DNA from: Haplodiscus bocki
Lineage: Eukaryota
Assembly (NCBI GenBank): GCA_965655095.1
Contig: OZ296654.1
Span: 57,288,001-57,352,000, forward strand
Direction: 5' to 3'
DNA: 64,000 bases
Shown: in pieces, positions 60,023-64,000 of the stretch
Position numbering within the stretch: the first letter of the stretch is position 1
How the letters are laid out: the number at the start of each line of letters is the position of its first letter
Notes under the pieces: model-generated
Seen by the model: only the letters and a program-made list of their open reading frames with translations
Databases searched by the model: none
What the model was told of the DNA's origin: nothing
Program-made: the position numbers and the translations under genes

Positions 60023-63000
60023 TTACAAATTCAAAAGACGAGTGTGAATACCATCAGCGTCTACAATTCTCTTTGGGTAAAAGTAAGACAGTCCGTTTTT
60101 GGTCTGTTCATAAATAGCCACACTGTGATGAACGGCTCGGAAACCTCTATTAGTCGATCGAGATTAAGTTAAAGAAGTCATCCAAGACTTTTCGATACTT
60201 TGCCATTGGACCATCACCACAGTCTTCTAACGTTTTTTTTTGTTTAAAACTTTGCTGCTGTTGGACTTGGAATCATAACAACAAGGGGTTTTATTGCATA
60301 AACACAACATTTCTGTGCAACGAAACTCCTCTTTGAAAAGACCAGGCTCTCGTTTATCATATTTCTTATGTTCTGTGCAGCAGGCTCTAGGGAAGAAGTT
60401 GGTTGTTGCGTTAGCTGTGAAATCATCTCTGCAGCTCAATGCTCTCATCAATTCCCATTCAACTTTAGATTCTACTCGAATGCAATCGTACAACTCTTTT
60501 CCAGACAGAGCGAAATACAAAGAGTCAGTGTCCATTTCTAACTACTCAAAATTGTTGACGTCACAGAATCTCTGAAAAAATTTGTAGTAAAGCTCCACTG
60601 TTCTAAGTTTAGCGTATTGAAGTATGAAGAGTCCAACAATGATTGGTTCTCTGTGCTCAATCTCTGCCTTCGCCAATTCTACTTCATACAATTGATCATT
60701 GATGTGATCCAAACGCTTGAACAATTTTGTGTTGACAGCCTCATATAATTTCTCATCGCTCAAATATTTTGTGACAGTGTGGCGACTACGATCCATAATT
60801 TGAAAGCCGTAGGAACCATTGGCAAGCAATTTCATTGTTTCTGCGACAACACTTGATTTTGGAATCTCGTGTCCTTCTCGACGGGCAGTGACAGCCGATT
60901 GCAAAAATTTACTGAAATATTCAACTGGAATTCATTCCACGAAGCGAAAAAGTTTTTTGGGTACTAGTCCCAAGTCTAAAAAAATCAGAAGCAGAGGAGT
61001 AATGAGAGTTCCGTTTTCAAGGAAATAGCTTGAAATCAACAGTTTCCGTTGTTGACAAAGAAGTCCTTCTTTCCCAGCATAGTCTTTCATCAGTAATCCA
61101 ATAACATGGCGACCTACATTTGTTTTTTTGAAAATGGGTGGAAAAGTGGCAAAATTCTTCTTGAGCTCTTCTGGCACTTCAATGTCACAATGTACATGAG
61201 CAAACAACTTACCGCTTCTTCTTTGTTCCAACAGTCTCTCTTCTCTCAGTGAACGTTTGCAAGGAAATGATTCTTTCAAATGTTCTGTAACACAATTTGT
61301 TGTCTTATAGAGGTTCCACCATTCACATTCCCACATTTGAACAACATTATATCCTTTTTTTGATGTACTGCTTTCTCATGTGGTCCATTTTTCCCTTTTG
61401 TTGCCGCGTTTGATATCTTCTTTAGTTAGAGTAGGTCGTGCATCTTGACATGGACAGTAAGAATGGAAGCAGCCCATAGCCTCAAACACGGTTTTACAAT
61501 GTGCGCAAAAACCATCTACCTTGAAACAGTCAATATTTTTCTGAGTTCCTGTAGTGTAGAAACACTCAATTCTACAGTCTGCTTTTTGTCTTTGGAAATA
61601 TAACATAACCATGTTCTCAAAGGTTCTAGATTTGTTTTAGTGAGGTTTCAGCCTGTTAGATTCTGTGTTATATTCCCATCACTTGTACAGTCCTGTTGAC
61701 ATGGACTGACAAAAAGAAGAAGGATAAAGCTAACTTGCGTCAATGCCAACAATAGATTTACAAATATTTCTTGAATTCCGGATAAAAGTGTCTTGGACTA
61801 CAGCTTTACGTGTGAAGACGATAGTAGGACCACCAACCATAACTTTTCGAACTTTTTGCAACAAGTCTCTATCGTTTTCAGTAAATGGATAGAATTTGGC
61901 ACTGGTAGATTTGTAGAGACAAATATTAGCCAAATTCGGAAGTGTACACCAGAACTTCAACCTTTCAATTCTTTTCTTGTGATTAAAAACAAGCAGTTTT
62001 TGCATTGCTTCCAGTGTTGGGACAACGTCTTCTGTACGTTGTATCAGCGTAGAAAGTCTTTATATGTGCACATATTAACATGATTCCATATATCAAGCAA
62101 TTATTGGTAGTTTTCTTCTCCTGAAGGCGGTGGTTTGGAGAGCTTCATTTTAGACAGTGCTTCTGGAGTCTTCAATCCGCAGGTAAGTAATTTTTGATAA
62201 TCTGAATGGTCCTTTTCCAGGAGGTTCAGCTTTCCAAGTTTGCTGAAAAATGCGTTGCAAGGAGAAAATTCACTGTTATTCACCTTTGTGGACAGTAGAA
62301 CCATTCATAGTGAAAAAAGTTTTTAGTTTCTGATGTTTTATAAGCTTTAAGAAACGATTCAAGGCTTGTTGCTCCACCGAGAAAGTTCATTAAAGCTGAA
62401 CGTCATCATATTTAAAAGACACAAATTGGTTGGCTTTTTAAATCACAGTAGGTTACTTACTCCTCTCATTGTTGAGAATGGGTAACAAATGAGATTTGAT
62501 CAAGTTGATGTCGTATTTTGTGCTATTAAATCCAAACGCTGGTAAAACGTTGCAGTAACGTTCAAGATGTTCTCGGAGCTCAATCAATTGATTTTTCTGC
62601 ATTTGCAAAAATTGTGTTGAAGCATCTTCCTCTTCGCTCTCATCTCCGAAACATTGGTCCTCGGACTCAAAAACTCGTCGGTTGCGGAAGCGGTGTTCCT
62701 TGAGAGATTGCAAATTCGGGTTACTTTTTGATTGCTGTTTCTACTTCCAGAAATTTCAATTTCAACTGAGTTTTGCTTTGTTTAGCTAAACCTTCAACAG
62801 CGTCGATGAACGATTCAAGCAAATCGCCTAGATTAGAATTGCAGAGAAGTTTCGGCATGGCTTTTAGATTTGAGGATATGGAGACTTTTATTGGAACATG
62901 TTTACCAATCCAAGTTGTTGTCTCGTTGTCTTTGAATTTTTCCTCCGGTATACAGATAGATTCAAAGTCGAAAACAACTAGATTGGTAAAGAGTTTCTGA

Positions 63001-64000
63001 TCATCTGTGTATTGGATACCGAACGAGTCAAGCTTATCAAAAAGCGTTTCTCGGAGTTGATACACATTCTTTGGATATATATGCTCCACACGTTCACTGC
63101 ATCTGACCAAGTGACGCTCCAAGTTTCCAGTCCCTTGGAAATATGTATCGCAAGTTGTATAGCGGAAAGCCTTGAAGGTGTCATGGAGGTTGTCTACGTA
63201 ACAAAATGTCTATTACATCGTATCAACTGAACTTTCTTCTCGCACTTTTTGATGTTTTGTCGTGCAGGCTCCCCAAACATTGCACCATCAAAAAGGTCAA
63301 GGTCATATACGAAAATATTGATTCCTACAAAACCTTCCACAGATAGAATGTCATCCATGAAAACTCTTTGGAGCTTTGAAGGGTCATGGTTTGTACTGTT
63401 AAAAAGAAAGAGATTGAACAACTTTGATGTTTCTTTTTCTCTTCTTCGAGTCTCATCCTTTCCATGCAAGTGGAAAACAAGTGCTCTGAAGAGCAATGAT
63501 TGTCTTTGTATGGTTTTTTGGTGTTCTGCTCGTAAGTAAGGCTATTGACTGTATGATTTTTTAGAAGAGATTCAGGTTGAAATGCATCCTTGCAAACCAT
63601 CGGTATATCTCTCAGTAGAGCAGCAAATACTGTTAAGTTTTTTAATTTTAAGAAACCTCCACTTTGTATTGGACCTCTCTTTTGTGCGTGACTCAATCAC
63701 GTCGGTTTTCTTCAATATTTCAATTTCGTCATGTCGTCTTTGTAACTCACAAGTTTTGACTGTTCCAACAGAGTGTTGTTCTCATGAGCATAAAAGTATC
63801 TGAAGTTCCCGTCTTCGATGTTTTTTAAAATGAAACCGAGAGCTAAATTAAGCTTCGCTCGACTTTTTAGATTATCCAGAACGCGATCCAGTTTTCCTTC
63901 GATAACCTGAGCTGTAAGGTTGATGACAACTAAATTGAACACGCTATTTCTACCTTTTGTTTCTCAGAATCAATCAAGAAATGTCTACACAACTGTCACT
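60023..64000 (-). pseudogene. Polinton pPolB with Vsr-like nuclease insert, frameshifted
   Basis: ExoI 'VVFDFES', ExoII 'GFNSTKYD', motif A 'IVGIDAS', insert 'KVDGFC..FEAMGCFH..MWECEW', motif B 'KLLANGSYG', motif C 'MDTDSLY', C-terminal 'YPKRIVDADGIHTRLLNL*'. Confidence 0.92.

Larger units (their letters stand above)
59249..64000. mobile_element. Second-lineage Polinton, one terminus plus pPolB (continues beyond window)
   Basis: Sharp AT-to-GC transition at AGTAGTAG (59249); subterminal repeats; pPolB ends about 770 bp inside. Confidence 0.75.

Noticed and set aside
1-64000. Alternative genetic code or programmed frameshifting explaining the broken ORFs
   Set aside because: All three stop codons and many indels interrupt the frames, and catalytic residues are substituted. 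This is ordinary pseudogene decay, though some homopolymer indels could be sequencing error.

Overview
AT-rich eukaryotic (probably invertebrate animal; inferred) scaffold window with one 200-N gap (37491-37690) and no intact host gene that I can support. Most of it is nested, decayed Polinton/Maverick (adintovirus-like) DNA, recognised by hand-translating across frameshifts. (1) 1-13360 and 16991-26605 are two diverged copies of one dead segment carrying pPolB, major capsid protein (MCP), packaging ATPase, protease and accessory genes. (2) 26600-31985 is a better-preserved fragment with two tandem penton genes, adenain-type protease, HTH and Zn-finger genes. (3) 37691-39682 is a lone pPolB. 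(4) 40430-53866 is a roughly 13.4-kb TIR-bounded element with nearly the whole Polinton gene set. (5) 59249 to the window end is a second Polinton lineage with a Vsr-insert pPolB. Its terminus starts AGTAGTAG and carries a 29-bp tandem array and a tRNA-like Pol III A/B-box cassette. Also present: a foldback MITE, a solo LTR with an ORF inside it, a decayed Gypsy-like element whose pol domains seem permuted (RNase H-integrase before RT), a RING-finger remnant and microsatellites. Pseudogene boundaries are approximate (about +/-50-100 bp). Percent identities are by-eye estimates, and protein calls rest on motif recognition rather than database searches.
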